A stretch of DNA of 64,000 bases from Microthyrium microscopicum (lineage: Eukaryota), in assembly GCA_010405405.1 (NCBI GenBank), contig MU004234.1, forward strand, positions 833,275 to 897,274. Reading direction: 5' to 3'. Under the pieces are notes generated by a model, which was given only the letters and a program-made list of their open reading frames with translations, made no database searches and was not told the DNA's origin. Position 1 is the stretch's first letter. The number at the start of each line of letters is the position of its first letter. Positions 13,660 through 25,657 of this stretch are shown here, piece by piece. The translations under genes and the position numbers were made by a program.

Positions 13660-14399
13660 TGTATGGCAGTCTTGGTGTGTGTATTTAGTGTGGAGCAATA
13701 ATCTACGCGGCGGCTGCTCGGCCATTTTTATACTCATTGTCTATGAGCTCACTGTGGCGCATGTACCAAATAGTAGAAGCCGACAAACCATTCAAAAGCT
13801 CTTTCAGTAAAATCACTTGTAAGTCTCTCACCTGGTCCTCGTGTCTTTCAAGCACTTTATTTACCTCCTCATGGTATCAATTCTGCTCTGCAATCAGCGT
13901 CAACATGCCCAGGGTATATATGAGGTTCCCACAAACATTAAATCATTGTTCAACTTATCTTCAGCCTCAAGTCTACAGGATCTACAGATTAGCAGTAGGT
14001 GTGAGTAGTTTCACTGAAGATAGGCTGACAGCTTTAAGATATCCACTGGGGCACCCACAAAGCGTTCACATCAGCGTTGAGACGTTTTCAAACTAGATGC
14101 ATACCTCATCTTAGCCACGAGAATTGGTGGAGGGCTCACGTTTCTGTGTTAGCTCCCCGTATGACATCGCTGTTTATACAGACTGGCAGCAGGTTTGATG
14201 GATGCTTGATTTTAAGTTTGGTTGAATCGATGGATATAGAGCCAAAAGTGGCTAAATCAACCAGTTTCTCCATCATCATGACATGTAATCTTTCAGAGTG
14301 CGCTCCTCTCTCCGCTCCAAGCTAAACGAACAATACGATGATGTAAATCCTGTGATTGTTGAAATGAAACCATCGCGATATCAAGAAATAGTGCCCAGC

Positions 14400-14436
14400 C
14401 ACGTGACAGCGCGTTACGCGTTCACCCTCGTCGCGT
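14400..14436 (+). promoter_or_regulatory. Cluster of MCB-like boxes (ACGCGT 14416-14421, GCGCGT 14409-14414, TCGCGT 14431-14436) plus CACGTG (14400-14405); probable displaced RPA3 promoter
   Basis: Motifs seen directly. With the retrotransposon removed at TSD GCGTC, they lie about 70-105 bp upstream of the RPA3 ATG. Confidence 0.6.
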
Positions 14437-14437
14437 C

Positions 14438-14588
14438 TGTTGCAAGAATATGAGAAATAAAGCGTGGTTGATTACTATGGGAGTCTAAGGGCCTAATATA
14501 GTTTTTAGGATACGCTAATTAGGAGATTATATTATCCCTAATTAGGTCCTATAATTATTAATCCCTTAGTATATTCTTTATTATAATA
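14438..14588 (-). repeat. 3' LTR of Gypsy copy 2
   Basis: 151 bp direct repeat with 23676-23826; starts with TGTTG immediately after the TSD. Confidence 0.93.
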
Positions 14589-15232
14589 TCTTCCCTTACT
14601 AGCGTAAACTCTCTTAAGATTATAAATCCTATAGCTATAGCTTTAATAAATAAGTAAAATAAAAAGAATATTATAATAACTAATAAGGAACCTTTACTTA
14701 AGAACTAAGTTTATTACTCTAGTTATACTAGATAGTAACCTCTAAGATATTATTCCTTAAGAACTCTTCCTAAGATCTTAGTTAAACTATTATAAATAGT
14801 ACTTAAGTATTTATAGCTTCTTAATCCTTTTAGGAAGGTTTGTCTATATAGGAGCTATTAGTAGTAATATATTAAGGAATTATAAAGAGTTTATATAGAT
14901 ATACTAAGGCTACTTAATCTAGTAAGGAATATATATAATCTATATATTAAGGCCTTAAAGGGTAAAATTTATAAAAAGTAATATATAAGTAGTAATAAAG
15001 AACTAGGTAGTAATTACTAGTTTAAGTAAATATAGAGATAAAAGCCTAATCCTATGTTTATAAAGCTTTATAATTTATTATCTTCTCTTCTTCTTCTTTA
15101 TTATACTTCTATAATATTTTTAAGCTAGTAGAAGTAGATTCTCTTTTATACTTTTAATATTATTAAATATAAGTAACTTTATATATTCTCCTTACTTAAA
15201 ACTTATTATTTATACTTCCTAGGGTTCTTAAA

Positions 15233-16726
15233 ATAGCTTCTCTAGGTACTCTAAAGAAGGATAGCTCTTAGAAGTCTAATAAGGAAAACTCTTCTTATTT
15301 AGGTACTTATTAGAAGATTATTAATACTCTAAAGAAGGATAAGTAGAAGTAGCTTTTACCTTATATAATCTATTTACGTAAGAAGGTTAAGGCTAAGGTT
15401 TTATTTCTTTTACTAAGTTATAAAGAAACTCCTAAGAAATTAGTTTATAACTTAATTAAGCGTTATTCTTATTCTATAAGTTTCTAGCTAATTAACTAAA
15501 TCCTAGAAGCTAATAAGAAGAAGGAAGATCTCTTTAGTAATACTTTTAATAATGTCTCTTATTCTTACTATAAGTTTCTAGTACCTTTTATAATGCTAAG
15601 AATATCTTATTAAATAATTCCTATTAATAATACTCTTACTTAAGGATTAATATATATAATAGGAAGTCTAGACTTATTAGAAAGTAATTATAAAGCTAAG
15701 TATAGAACTTCTATACCCTTTAACTTATTATAAGTATATAACTTCTATATTAAAACTTTTATAATAGTTTTAACTTATAAGTATAAGGCTACTAAAAAGG
15801 AGTTAGTAAACTTAGTAAAGTACTAAGAGTTTATAAAGTAAAAAGTAAAAGGTTATAAAGATTAACTAGCCTTTGCTAATAAGAGCCTAAAAGATACTTA
15901 TAAGTATATTAAAATTACTAAAGCTATATATAATAAACGTAAGTAGGAGTTAAAGTAAATAAGACTTTAAAAACATAAACATAAAATAAGCTTAATAATA
16001 ATTCTAAAAAAGCTATTTACTATATATAGTTATATAAATATAGTAGAACTAACTACTAAGAAGAGTATAAATTATTAAGAAAAGTAAGTTAAGTTCCTAG
16101 ACTCTAATTAGTATTCTACCTTTAAGAACGTTAAACTCTTAAGAGAGAAAGTAACTTAGGAATTACTCTTCTAGCTCTTAAAATATTACTAGAAGAATAA
16201 TAGTATTCTAATAAAGATTATTAATATCCTAATACTTATATCTTAGTAAGAAATCTATTAGTATTTAAGTACTTTACTCTTAACTAGAAATATCCTATCG
16301 TTATCTTCTTATTTAAAGACTTCTATAATATATATAACTATAAGAGTAAAGTAAGAAAAGGCTTATATACGTTACTAGGACTTATTACGAGTTTATACTT
16401 ATAATAGGTACGTTATTAGTATACGTAAAGAGAATAAGGCTTCTTTCCTAAATAGCGCCTATATTAATTATATATTTAATAGTAAACCTTAAACTTATTT
16501 ATTCTATAAGGACTACGTCTTACTATAGAGTTAGAAGAAAGGTCTAAATTCTACTATTATTTAGTTGTCTACTTCTCTTAGTATTTCTAAGTTACTAATT
16601 AATAAAAAGTACTTTAGAATAGCTAAAATTACTATAGGATTAGTAGCCTAGGCAAAGCTCTTAAAGAATAAGAAAAAGAAGTAGGCATAGGCCTTAAAGA
16701 GATAGGACTCTATAGAATTATAGTAA
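15233..16726 (+). pseudogene. RIP-degraded ~497-codon antisense ORF inside Gypsy copy 2 (unknown, coiled-coil-like protein)
   Basis: One frame opens at AAA-ATA-GCT (a RIP-mutated ATG in a fungal Kozak context). It had fewer stops than the other two frames in the stretch counted, and all stops are TAA/TAG. De-RIP translation is protein-like and Glu/Lys/Gln-rich. Confidence 0.55.
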
Positions 16727-17129
16727 AATATATAGTAGTAGTTCTTTAATATTCCTATATTTTCTAGTCTTATCTTATTAATTTATTAAAGGATAGACTT
16801 TAGTAATAGTCCTAAGGATTACTAAAAAAATCTAAAAATAACTTATTATATTTAAATATCCTTAGTAATAGTCTTAAAGATTACTAGGGAGATCTAAGAA
16901 TTTAGCTTATTTATTATAGCTTATAATAATTTACTTAAATTAATAATAAAATAAAAGTAATTTCTTATAAATAGTTTTTTAAATAAATATAATTAGGAAA
17001 GGTTATAAAAGAGATAATAAAAGATTAATTTTTCTTTTTTTTCTTATAGGTATCTTACCTATATCTATACGTAAGATAATTTCTTATCTAGGAGTAGCCT
17101 TCTACTATCTTTATCTTAATCTTAAATAT

Positions 17130-20100
17130 TATAGGCTAGTACTAGGACGTATAGAACTACTAGGCATTATAATTAGCCTAAATATATTAGTATCCTATAA
17201 GAATCCTTTAGTTATATCTATCTCTTATAGTAGACTAAGTTTAAAGTAATCTATAAAAAGAACTTCTACTTTTATAATATCTAGTAATAAAGGATTAATA
17301 CCCTAATAGTCTTCTCTAAGATTAGATACCTATTTATATAGATCTATTACCTTTAGTATAGGCATATAGGCAATTAGGGTAGTAATCTTATTATAGCTTC
17401 TTAGCCTTAATAATTTATTTCCTTACTCTTATTATTCTAGTAATATAAAGATTAATTCTTATTTTACTATAGCTAGGAGGATTTCCTTCCTTACTAAGCT
17501 TTAATTTAGGAAGGTAAAAATATTATTATTCTTCTTCTTTACTAAATCTTATAATATTATAGAATATTCTACCTTCTATATAATTTACTCTATCTACTCT
17601 AGATTACTTTATACTAAAGCTAAAATTAAGCTAGAAGAAATATATTCTAACGCTATAGGAGTCTCTAAATTATTACTTAGGTTATAAATAGTTACTATAA
17701 AGCGTTTCTTTTCTTATTTATAAATACCTACTTTAGCTTCTTAAACTTTTCTTATAAGGTTAAGAGAAATAGTAGATAGACCTAAGTAATATCTCCTAGT
17801 ACTAGACCTCTTAATATTAATTAACTCTACTAAAAGGTTTCTTAATTTATTAAGCTAGTCTTTCTTAGTTATAGTAAATATATCTATCTTATTTCTACGC
17901 TCTTTATTTAGAACGCCTTTAAAATTATCCTTACTTAGTTACTTATACTTAGGATATAGCTAGTTTTAGTAATAGTATTTATTTTCTTTCTACGTATATA
18001 CCTATATAAGGCAATTCTTATAGATAAGGTTTCTAAGCACTCTTTTATTAAGTATTTTAAGAGTGTATATTCTTAAAGGGTAGGCCTTTAAGACTTTATA
18101 AAGGCTAAACTATACTACTTAGAACTTAGTTTTATTTAAGTTTTTAAGGAGCATATAAGAACCTATAAAGAACTTAATAATAGAGTCCTTTTTTAAAATT
18201 ATATTACTATTAATAAGGTTTAAAGCTATAGCTTATTTTAATAAGGCATTATAATAGACTTATCTAATAGTTCTAACCTTCTCTAGATAATCTTTAGCAA
18301 TTATATAGATAAGAGGTATAGTATTAATTAATTTAGCCTATTTATCTTTCTTTACCTAGCTTATTTTAAAGTCCTTAAGATCTCTCCTATAGATAAAGAA
18401 GAAGAGAGATATTCCTAACGTAGTATAAGCTTATACTCTAGTAGTATAAACTACTTAATCTAGGTATAAATCCTAACTAGCTATAAGTTTTCTTTCTAGG
18501 AACTTAGTTAGGAATATACCTAGTAAGCTATTAAATCTCTTAACCTTCCTATTAGACTAAAAGTTATATAGAGCTATTAAGTAGTGCTTAGTCTTTATCT
18601 ATTATAATAAGGATAAAATTACGTCTAAGATAAACTAAGGTCTATTATCTAAGGTTAATAATTAAGGAGAACTATATTTTAAGACAATTTTTCTATAGAT
18701 AAATTCTATAACTATAAGAGTAGTAGTATTTAGTACTACTTCTATAATAGGCTATCCTATAGCATAGTTAATTATATAGATAATATACTAGTTTTTAAGA
18801 AAACTCTATAGAAATTTATTAATTAGGTTAATTTCCTAAGCCTTAAATAGCTATAAGTTTTATACTTAATAGTAGGACCTACGCTTAGGCCTACTTTAAT
18901 TTATCTATTAAACTTAATATATAGGACAAAACTAGGTAAATTCTTAGAAGTTATCCTCTATCCTTAGCTATTAACCTTCTAGTTTAAGGATATTAGTAAG
19001 GCTTATATATAATAAGTACCTATACTAATTATATACTTTCTTAATAAAGTCTTAGTAGTAGAAGGAGTAAATATAGAGTAAACTAGTAAGTATCTTAGCT
19101 TTAGTAGAATTTTTCTCTAAGAATAGATATCTATATTTCTTCTTAATATCTTTATTAAGGTTAATCTAAAAATAATTAAGAATGCTTTTTTAAAGCCTCT
19201 TCTATACGCTAATAAGGATAATATAATCTTTCTTTTTTAACGCTTCTTATAAGCCCTATATATAGAAAGCTTCTTATTCTTTTTACTCTTATAAGGGTTC
19301 TAATAGAGTAGCTTATACCTTAGAAGATAAGTTATTATTATTATCTTTAGGCTCTATTTCTTAAATAATATTAATCTATCTTTCTTAAAAGTTTAAGTAG
19401 TAATTAAGAGTATTAGGAACTATTACTTAGAAACCCTTATAATACGTAAAGATAAGATTAAATTCTTAGAACTCTTTAATCTATTAAGTAATATATTAAG
19501 TATTATTCTTAATTATATTTATATACTATAAGCTATTATAATTTATAATTACTTTAGTAGTCTTNNNNNNNNNNNNNNNNNNNNNNNNNNNNNNNNNNNN
19601 NNNNNNNNNNNNNNNNNNNNNNNNNNNNNNNNNNNNNNNNNNNNNNNNNNNNNNNNNNNNNNNNNNNNNNNNNNNNNNNNNNNNNNNNNNNNNNNNNNNN
19701 NNNNNNNNNNNNNNNNNNNNNNNNNNNNNNNNNNNNNNNNNNNNNNNNNNNNNNNNNNNNNNNNNNNNNNNNNNNNNNNNNNNNNNNNNNNNNNNNNNNN
19801 NNNNNNNNNNNNNNNNNNNNNNNNNNNNNNNNNNNNNNNNNNNNNNNNNNNNNNNNNNNNNNNNNNNNNNNNNNNNNNNNNNNNNNNNNNNNNNNNNNNN
19901 NNNNNNNNNNNNNNNNNNNNNNNNNNNNNNNNNNNNNNNNNNNNNNNNNNNNNNNNNNNNNNNNNNNNNNNNNNNNNNNNNNNNNNNNNNNNNNNNNNNN
20001 NNNNNNNNNNNNNNNNNNNNNNNNNNNNNNNNNNNNNNNNNNNNNNNNNNNNNNNNNNNNNNNNNNNNNNNNNNNNNNNNNNNNNNNNNNNNNNNNNNNN

Positions 20101-21300
20101 NNNNNNNNNNNNNNNNNNNNNNNNNNNNNNNNNNNNNNNTTCTTAATATCTTTTTCTACTATATAGACTTACTAATAGCTTAATAAGAGATTAAGCTTAG
20201 AGAAGAATCTTACTCTACTAATAGTATTAAAATATTTATTAATTTATAGTAAAGAATAAGTATCCTTACGCGTAATTATATTAAGTAGATAGTAGTTAAT
20301 ATATATTCTCTATTTTTCTTCTAGCTTTAGTATAAATAAGATAAGGAAACCCTAAGGACTTCCTAAGACTCTAATAAGTCCTTTAATAAGTAGTTCTTAA
20401 ATTTACTTTTCCTACTCTTCTAGTTATAGGCTAGATATCTAATAATAAGCCTAATTATAAGGAGAAGCGTTCTTTATAAGGATTTTATAATTAAACTTAG
20501 AATATAGAGAAAGTTTAGGAAAGGTATAACAAAAAGACTTATAGTAATTATTTAAAAGTTTCTATATACCTTTATTTTCTAGAGTAAGTTTATTAATATT
20601 AAGGTTATTAGTTATTAAGAGGATATTAGGCTATTTCTATATTCTATAAATTAGCTAAAGAATGCTCTTAACTTTATCTTCTACTCTTTTTACTCTATTT
20701 TAAAGTACTTAAAAGATTATATAGAGAGAGCTAGCTATAAACTACTCTATTTATTCTAAGTAGCTTTCCTTATTCTAAAGAGGCTCTACCTAGCGTCTTA
20801 TAGTAAGCTTATAAGTATATAAGCTCCTTAAGTATTACTCTATAAGCTTAATTTACTTTATTATCTAATTAATTTATAGATTATATAACTAGAACTATAA
20901 AAGTCTAAAAATAATATTAAGATTAGAAATATTTAGGATATAAGCCTTAAAGTAGCTATAAAAGGTCCTAATATAATAAGATAAGTAAATCCTAAAGAAA
21001 GTTATAACTATATAGCTATCTATAAGAGTAACTTCTTTCTTTAGGATAAGTATTATAGAAGCTTTAAGTTTTTTAATAATCTTTTAACTAATATAAATAA
21101 AGTTAGCTCCTAAGTTTAGGAAAGCTATAATCTTAATAAAATAATTTTTATAATATAAGCAAATAGGTAGATATAAAAGAGTATTATTATATTTACTTAT
21201 ATAGTTAAAGAAAGCTTATTAATTATTATATAAATAAGTAAGGTATTCTAATTTTAAGCTAGAAGATTTCTATTTATCTCTTAATAATAGTAGTTTTTTA
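17130..21300 (-). pseudogene. RIP-degraded pol (RT-RH-INT plus C-terminal extension) of Gypsy copy 2; boundaries approximate
   Basis: RT, RNase H and integrase motifs are recognisable after reversing C>T/G>A changes. Confidence 0.8.
19565..20139. other. Assembly gap (575 N)
   Basis: Run of N. Confidence 1.
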
Positions 21301-23675
21301 AACCTTATTATCGCTAGTTAGGCTTTTTATAATTTATAGTATAGTAACTAAGTTTACTATAATTTTAGTACTTAAGTTTAGAGTTATCTATAGAAGCTTT
21401 CCTACCTTTAGAGTCCTTTTTATAAGAGAGCTATAACTTCTTATTAGAGTTAAATTTCTTAGAGCGTTAAGTATTACGTTATTCTTTAAAATAGTAACTA
21501 TAGCTATTTATAGCATTAAGCTATCTTAAATTTTTATTATTTAACTTAAGCTTATTATTAGTATAGCTTTTACTATTAACTTCTTTAAGATATTCCTTAG
21601 AATTAGTATTTAGAATAAGCTCTTTATCTTCTTTAAAACTAGAGAAGATTTTATTAAGCTACTCTAGCTTATAAGCGTTATAAATATTACGCATATTTTT
21701 ATAGGAGTCTATATTATATTTAATAATTTCTTATTTAAAGGCTAAAATATTAACTATAAGGTTAAGAATAGTACTATGCCTATACTTAGCTTTAAGAATA
21801 ACCTATTCTTTAAGGCCTCCTTAGATTTAGATATCTATTTTATAATTAGTAGGTATAGGATTTATTTAAGTCTATAAGATATAAAGATAATAGATAAATT
21901 CCTTAGTAAATAAAACCTATAATATATAATCTTACTAAATACTAACTTTAAGTATATCTTTTTTAATGCTAAATATAGGTTAAAAGTAGATAAAGAAGTA
22001 AAATAAACTTTTAAGTATCTTAAACTCTTCTATAGCCTATTACTAGGCTAAGTTAGCCTATAGGAGACATTACTTAATAAGAAGATATTCTTTAACCTTA
22101 GTAATTTTCTACTACTTAGGTAAAGCAGAATCTAATAGGAGAATATTCTTACTAGCCTTAAAAGTATAAAGGAGGCTCTTAGCCTAAGCATTATACTTAC
22201 TTAGTTTCCTAGAGAATAAACTATTAAGAAGTATCTTAAACTTAGTTAAATATTATCTCTATTCCTAAGAAACGTCCCTTATTATCTTAATAAGTTTTTA
22301 AGGACTAAAAGTTTAGAAAAGCAATTTAATAGTCTTATTTAACTCTTTACTTAGCTTTTCTATAAGGTCTAGGTAAGTAATACCTATTTATAAAGTTTTC
22401 TAAGTTAAAGCTTAAGTTTAGGCATAAGCCTTAATTTTATTTACCTAGTAATCTTAGGTATATAGAGTAAACTTACTTATATTAAGGCAAGAAGTTAATT
22501 TAGTAATATAATTTATTATCTTTTGCTACTAAGTATATTAGACGTCCTTTATAAGTTTAGAGCTATAATCTTATTTACTTTGTTTATTAGTAGTAGAGTA
22601 AAATAACACTTCCTAAAGAAGAATAGGCCTATTTATAAACTACTAATTTCTATTATTATTATATTAGAAAGTTTAGTTATAAGCCTAAGAAACGTAGTTA
22701 GGTCTCTTAAGAGTATAGTTTTAAGCCTAAAAGAAAGTTTATAGTTTAGCAAGAGAATAGTTAATAGTTTAGAGATTAACTTAATACGTACTAGTAGAAT
22801 AGTTTAAGACTTAGAGCCCTAATTACTAAACGTTAGTAACCTAAGTTATAAGGTTAAGACTAGAATTTAGTATATTAAAAAGGTTATTTAGTAATATAAG
22901 AGTAAGTTACTTATCCTAAGGACTTAAGTTAGTAACCTAGGCTTAGTATTATACCTACTAAGTATCTTATTCTATAGCTTAGGCTATAATATTATTATGC
23001 TAGTTATTTATTTTAGTAAAGAAGAGTAATAGTTTTAATAAAGGATATAATCTTAGTAAAGTAGGGAAAGAGTCTTAAGGTCTAAAAGTTTTTATACTAA
23101 AGTTAGTTAAATAGAATCTAGAGTTAAGAGATTATTCTAAGGTAGATTTTTATACTTCCTTAGTATAGATAAGATCTTAATCTAATTTCTTAAGATAACC
23201 TAAGGCTAAGAGTTTACGTCGTTACTTATTAGCTTTAATCTATATAGTAAAGTTCTTATAACGTTATTCTAAGGGATTTTCTAAGGAGAAGTTTCTATAT
23301 TTTGTCTAATAGCTACGTAATTAACGTAATAAAAATTAGTAAGGATAAAGAGGGTATTATTATAGAAGAGATAATTCTTATAATATATTTAATAATCCTT
23401 AAAGTAGTAGTTTAAATTAAAGATAATTTAAGATATTTTTAGGATATATTATAGTAAGAAATATTATTATATATAAATCTTAAGAATTATTTCCTAATAT
23501 ATAGTTACTAAGCATTAGGCTATAATAAGGCTAGCTAATTAGAGAATAGTATTCTTAGAGTATATCTTACTAGATATTAATCCTAAGTAATTATTAATAA
23601 TAAAGTAAATCTAGAAATTTCTATAAGAGGTCTATTATCTAAAGGTCTTAATTAAATTAAATTATTACTACTAGA

Positions 23676-23826
23676 TATTATAAGAATATAAGAAATAAAG
23701 CGTGGTTAATTACTATAAGAGTCTAAGGGCCTAATATAGTTTTTAGGATATGCTGATTAGGGGATTATGTTATCCCTAATTAGGTCCTACGATTACTAAT
23801 CCCTTGGCATGTTCTTCATCACAACA
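23676..23826 (-). repeat. 5' LTR of Gypsy copy 2
   Basis: 151 bp direct repeat; ends in CAACA followed by TSD GCGTC. Confidence 0.93.
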
Positions 23827-23897
23827 GCGTCAAATCAACTCATTCTCAACGAAATACATCTAGCATTCTCATAATTTACTTCTAAACAGTCAAGATC

Positions 23898-24322
23898 ATG
23901 GATTCCGTCCCACAAACTCCAAGAATCAACGCCCGCTATCTAGAGGCTTTCAAAGACCACACGGTGCGTGTAGTGGGCAAAGTCACCGACCTTAGAGGCA
24001 ATACCGCGACAATCGAAGCTGATGGTCCTATCGTTGTCCAACTGAACCGCGTATGAACTCCTCTGGAAATTGAGATGGGACTGCTCTGACATATATGACA
24101 GGAATCGCATCTTCAGCTGAACAGCGCTGTTGAGGTGGTTGGGAAAGTCAATGCTGATTTGTCGATCAAGATTATGCTATTCACGGACTTTGGCAAGAAC
24201 TTCGGTATATCAATCCAAGTTTGATTGACGTACCGAGCTAATACGCGATAGACTATGCTGCAATGGATGCTGTGGTAGATGCAACACACCGGTACAAAGA
24301 AATCTTCTACAGCGATACCTAG
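23898..24322 (+). CDS. RFA3: Replication protein A 14 kDa subunit (RPA3/Rfa3/Ssb3); exons 23898-24050, 24102-24204, 24252-24322
   Basis: Not in the ORF track. Spliced product MDSVPQTPRINARYLEAFKDHTVRVVGKV...VEVVGKVNADLSIK...DFGKNFDY...YKEIF is typical of the RPA3 OB fold. Canonical GT-AG introns. Confidence 0.9.
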
Positions 24323-24421
24323 AACAACGAAGACATGAACGAATCGCAGGCCGAAGCATGAGAACGGCGTCAATGAATTATATGAATCTTTCCACACTAA
24401 TATGTGCATTGGGGTATATAT

Positions 24422-25657
24422 CTAATCAGTCCGCATCCTCTTTTCCGGCCTTCTCGTATCCTCCCCAGGCCGTTTTCTATCGCCCAGCGCACTGGCATTC
24501 GCACCAGTACCACCACTATTTGGCCCATCAAAATCAGGCTGGAATCGTGCATCAAGATCTCTATAATCGCCCCCTCCTCCTCTGTCATCTCCGCCTCTCC
24601 GTGGCCGTCGGTCACGCTCATCACCAAAGCGACCTGTATCTTCATGCCGCATATCTTTATACTTTGTCCGTCCTTTCCGACCCAGCAACGCGGTATTTCG
24701 TATCTGCATGTACTCGGGCAACGCAGACCGATCTTTGACATCATCTTCATATCGCCCGCCCATGATATCGCGATCCAGTAATCCAGCCTCTTTTGAGTCT
24801 TCGGTGTAAAACGCGCCTTTGTGGAAATATTGCTGCATGTAGCTCATTTTGCCCTTTCCTTCCCGCTCCTGCTTCTGTTTATCCAGATGTTCTTTATCCT
24901 CGGCCTCTCTCTCTTCTGCCGTAAGATTCCGTCTCCGCTCAATCTCTTCGCGCTCCTTCTCAGCCGCAATAAGCCCATCCCGTTCTCGCTTCACGCGTTT
25001 GAGTTCTCTTAGTTTCCATGCCGTGAGTTCTGCTTCGGGATCAATGTCGTCTGTGTCGTCAACTTCATCGTCAACCTTCTCATCGTCCCAGAATGCTTTG
25101 CCTTCGGCGCGCGCTTGGGCGTTACGTTGGAGCTGTTCTTGGATCATATCATCTGTACGTGCTTTGCGCTTTGCTTCATCTTCAGCCCATTTCTGATCTT
25201 CACTTTTCGTCTCCTCTTTTGCGCCATTTGTAACTGCGTTGCGTGCACCCTTTTTTATGAAGACGGGCCGGAGGAGTTTGCGCTTGGTTTCTTCCTCAGA
25301 ACTGCTTTCTTCTTCTGATGATTCTTCTTCGCTGCCACTGCCACTGCCGCTTTCTTCGTCTGAGCCTTCGCTCTCGGTCTCGAACTCTTCCTCGAGTTTT
25401 TTGCGATCGTCTAGAGATTTTTGCGCTGCGGCCGAGGCGTTGATGTCGACCTTTTTGAGACTGCCAGCAATCTGGGACGTGGATTTAGGGAAGGAGGCTG
25501 CGGAGGGCTTTGATGCTGGCTTTGGAGCTTCTTGTTGTGGTTCTTCGGTCTCTGATTCTGATTCTGAAGAGGAGGATTGTTGCGCAGCTGTGCCGGGTTT
25601 TCCTGGTCGATGCCTGGCTGGGCGTAGAGGATTTGCGGTCATGCGCTTGGGTGCCAT
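24422..25657 (-). CDS. MFAP1: Microfibrillar-associated protein 1 (MFAP1/Spp381/Saf3-like spliceosomal B-complex protein)
   Basis: Motifs LLRPVFIKK, VDDTDDIDPEAE..AWKLRELKRVKR, MQQYFHKGAFY and GRKGRTKY. Single 411-aa ORF. Confidence 0.92.
   Translation of the reverse strand: MAPKRMTANPLRPARHRPGKPGTAAQQSSSSESESETEEPQQEAPKPASKPSAASFPKSTSQIAGSLKKVDINASAAAQKSLDDRKKLEEEFETESEGSDEESGSGSGSEEESSEEESSSEEETKRKLLRPVFIKKGARNAVTNGAKEETKSEDQKWAEDEAKRKARTDDMIQEQLQRNAQARAEGKAFWDDEKVDDEVDDTDDIDPEAELTAWKLRELKRVKRERDGLIAAEKEREEIERRRNLTAEEREAEDKEHLDKQKQEREGKGKMSYMQQYFHKGAFYTEDSKEAGLLDRDIMGGRYEDDVKDRSALPEYMQIRNTALLGRKGRTKYKDMRHEDTGRFGDERDRRPRRGGDDRGGGGDYRDLDARFQPDFDGPNSGGTGANASALGDRKRPGEDTRRPEKRMRTD

Larger units (their letters stand above)
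14438..23826 (-). mobile_element. Ty3/Gypsy LTR retrotransposon, copy 2 (complete, RIP-degenerate, contains assembly gap)
   Basis: 151 bp LTRs with outer termini TGTTG...CAACA; 5 bp TSD GCGTC (14433-14437, 23827-23831). On the minus strand: PBS-like TAGTAGTAAT (RIP of TGGTAGCAGC, iMet-type) next to 23676 and PPT AAGGGAAGA at 14589-14597. RT (de-RIP WRMCIDYRLLN..KDTYPLPRID, about 20310-20240), then RNase H, then integrase (HHCC, W.IDL, SDNGPQF, NGKVERFN, GPY): Gypsy domain order. Confidence 0.93.

Noticed and set aside
13737..14325. 119 aa and 82 aa ORFs downstream of NOS
   Set aside because: Non-ATG starts, no domain, and intergenic-like composition.
9275..14588. NOS as cargo of an LTR-bounded composite element
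   Set aside because: The LTR at 14438 pairs with the one at 23676 through TSD GCGTC, and the LTR at 9275 is the 5' LTR of copy 1. NOS was adjacent to RPA3 before copy 2 inserted.
14589..23675. Endogenised ambisense RNA virus (two convergent ORFs with an AT-rich spacer)
   Set aside because: The minus-strand ORF shows clear RT, RNase H and integrase motifs of a Gypsy pol, and no RdRp motifs were seen.
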